A stretch of DNA of 29,012 nt, taken from the IMG/VR virus record IMGVR_UViG_3300020513_000022, positions 1-29,012 of that record. One strand, written 5' to 3'. The notes beneath the pieces are model-generated. The model ran no database searches. It saw nothing but the letters and a program-made list of their open reading frames with translations, and was not told where the DNA came from. This DNA comes from a virus (Duplodnaviria > Caudoviricetes). The position numbers and the translations under genes are program-made. Each line of letters opens with the position of its first letter. Within the stretch, counting starts at the first letter, position 1. Below, one piece after another: positions 27,705 to 29,012 of this stretch.

Positions 27705-27875
27705 CCACTGTCGATGAAAGACAGAGATCCGTGCGTGCGCCTTTCAGAGCAAAGATACTCCTCGCGACACCTTAACCGCGCACGTCACATGGACCCGAAA
27801 GGCGAGCAGCACACGTGACAGCACGCAGCGGGATGGAAAGGTGGGGCGGAGCGACGATCTTCGGGGAGTTGTTAG
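27705..27875. repeat. Repeat B, copy 3
   Basis: Core at 27771-27812. Confidence 0.85.
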
Positions 27876-27930
27876 AGTTTTAATGAGGGGGGATTTGTTG
27901 AAATGTGGGACCTGTCCCCATTTACGCTCG

Positions 27931-28185
27931 CTACTCTCCCGAGTAAGAATACATTAAATAGATAGCAGATATAAGATTTATTAAAAATGCAACTATTATA
28001 AAATAGATCGGCAGCATGTTTGACTGATCATATACAAATCCAACAAAAAACGCAGAAAATCCCAGACCATACGCAACAATCATTAAAAATTTATACACTA
28101 TTTTCTGCGTATCAGGAAACTTTAACTTCTGCAAGACGCCCCATGGACTCGCTAAAATTGACACAAAAATACTGATCCGGCTCAT
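27931..28185 (-). CDS. Putative immunity protein 5 (small integral membrane protein)
   Basis: AT-rich, 2-3 hydrophobic segments, downstream of toxin 5. Confidence 0.6.
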   Translation of the reverse strand: MSRISIFVSILASPWGVLQKLKFPDTQKIVYKFLMIVAYGLGFSAFFVGFVYDQSNMLPIYFIIVAFLINLISAIYLMYSYSGE

Positions 28186-28241
28186 AGCTTTTTAAAATTT
28201 ACCAATTATACCCATTAAGATTTTAAAGATCTTAAACAATA

Positions 28242-29009
28242 TTACTGACCTATGGGATATTGAGGTTCGCAAATACAGGGAACATTTTCTAAGCACAGTT
28301 TCCATTCTTTCTCTATGCTAGATAGCTCCTTTAAATAGTTAAGTCGGGTTATAAATAAACAAGCTGATACAGCGATTGGGTTGCCGACCCGAAAGCAACC
28401 TCCAGACAATGCTTCCATCTTTGCTGCCGATTGCCTCCATTTTAGATTGCCTGCGAGATTACATTTTTCGACTTCTTTGGGATCCTTAAAGTTTGGGGGG
28501 GCGCACTCTTTGGTTCCTAAATAATCAATGCCACAGATCCCATCATTCCCCACGAACCCATACAGGTTAAAACCCCCCTCTTCCCCAATCGGATCCCTGC
28601 TAGGCCATCTACCGGTTTTTGGGTCATAGTATCGGTAACCGTAATACGCCACACGCGGCCTTGATCGACGGTTTTTCGAGCCGATTTTGCGTGCTGAGGC
28701 CGAAAGATTGCCGCTAGGTGAGGGTGTCTTGGGTGGCGGCTCGGGGTTTGATACGGCGGCCCCGCCAAGTGGCGGATCTTCATCGAACGGGGGCTTTGAT
28801 TGCAGCGTGTCAGCATCCATCACTCGGCAGGAGCAAGCGTTGGAATGTGATGCAGCAGCATTCATGTTTTGATCCGATAGCGGTTCGTTCACTCCATGGC
28901 AAGATATATTCTGCGTCATAGGCATCTCGGGCTGTCCGTGTTTGCCGTATGCATCGTGGTTTTCGTCAAGCCGTCCGTGTGGGTGGCAACGGGCATGAAT
29001 TTCCCGCAA
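28242..29009 (-). CDS. Mini Rhs-core protein 5 with a different Pro-rich leader and Cys-rich tip; start uncertain, may extend beyond the window
   Basis: [24 protein letters not shown]...DYLG. Confidence 0.8.
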   Translation of the reverse strand: MREIHARCHPHGRLDENHDAYGKHGQPEMPMTQNISCHGVNEPLSDQNMNAAASHSNACSCRVMDADTLQSKPPFDEDPPLGGAAVSNPEPPPKTPSPSGNLSASARKIGSKNRRSRPRVAYYGYRYYDPKTGRWPSRDPIGEEGGFNLYGFVGNDGICGIDYLGTKECAPPNFKDPKEVEKCNLAGNLKWRQSAAKMEALSGGCFRVGNPIAVSACLFITRLNYLKELSSIEKEWKLCLENVPCICEPQYPIGQ

Positions 29010-29012
29010 GGC

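Noticed and set aside
22637-27875. Repeats A and B as a CRISPR array or integron attC sites
   Set aside because: They are spaced by whole genes, no cas or integrase gene is present, and I found no conserved RYYYAAC...GTTRRRY pair with the expected dyad symmetry

Overview
The window has two parts. (1) 11-22631 is a complete-looking, almost entirely plus-strand morphogenesis and lysis region of a long-tailed prophage or phage-like element. It carries a lambda-type terminase pair, gpW-like protein, lambda-family portal, S49 protease with a nested scaffold, major capsid, and neck and tail genes. A GGGAAAG -1 frameshift chaperone, a short tape measure, several fibre/Ig-domain proteins, holin-like genes and an M15 endolysin follow. 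No integrase, repressor or replication genes lie in the window. (2) 22632-29012 is a minus-strand array of five toxin/immunity-like cassettes. Each toxin gene has only the last ~46 aa of the Rhs-associated core, a short leader and a variable Cys-rich tip, and cassettes are separated by two families of conserved non-coding repeats. The most striking unexplained signal is an (R)TTGAC(A) motif 19-23 nt before ten start codons in the phage part. This is too close to be a canonical -35 box, and in two cases it follows a terminator-like hairpin. A Verrucomicrobia-like host is my impression only. All family calls are from motif recognition and gene order; no searches were run.
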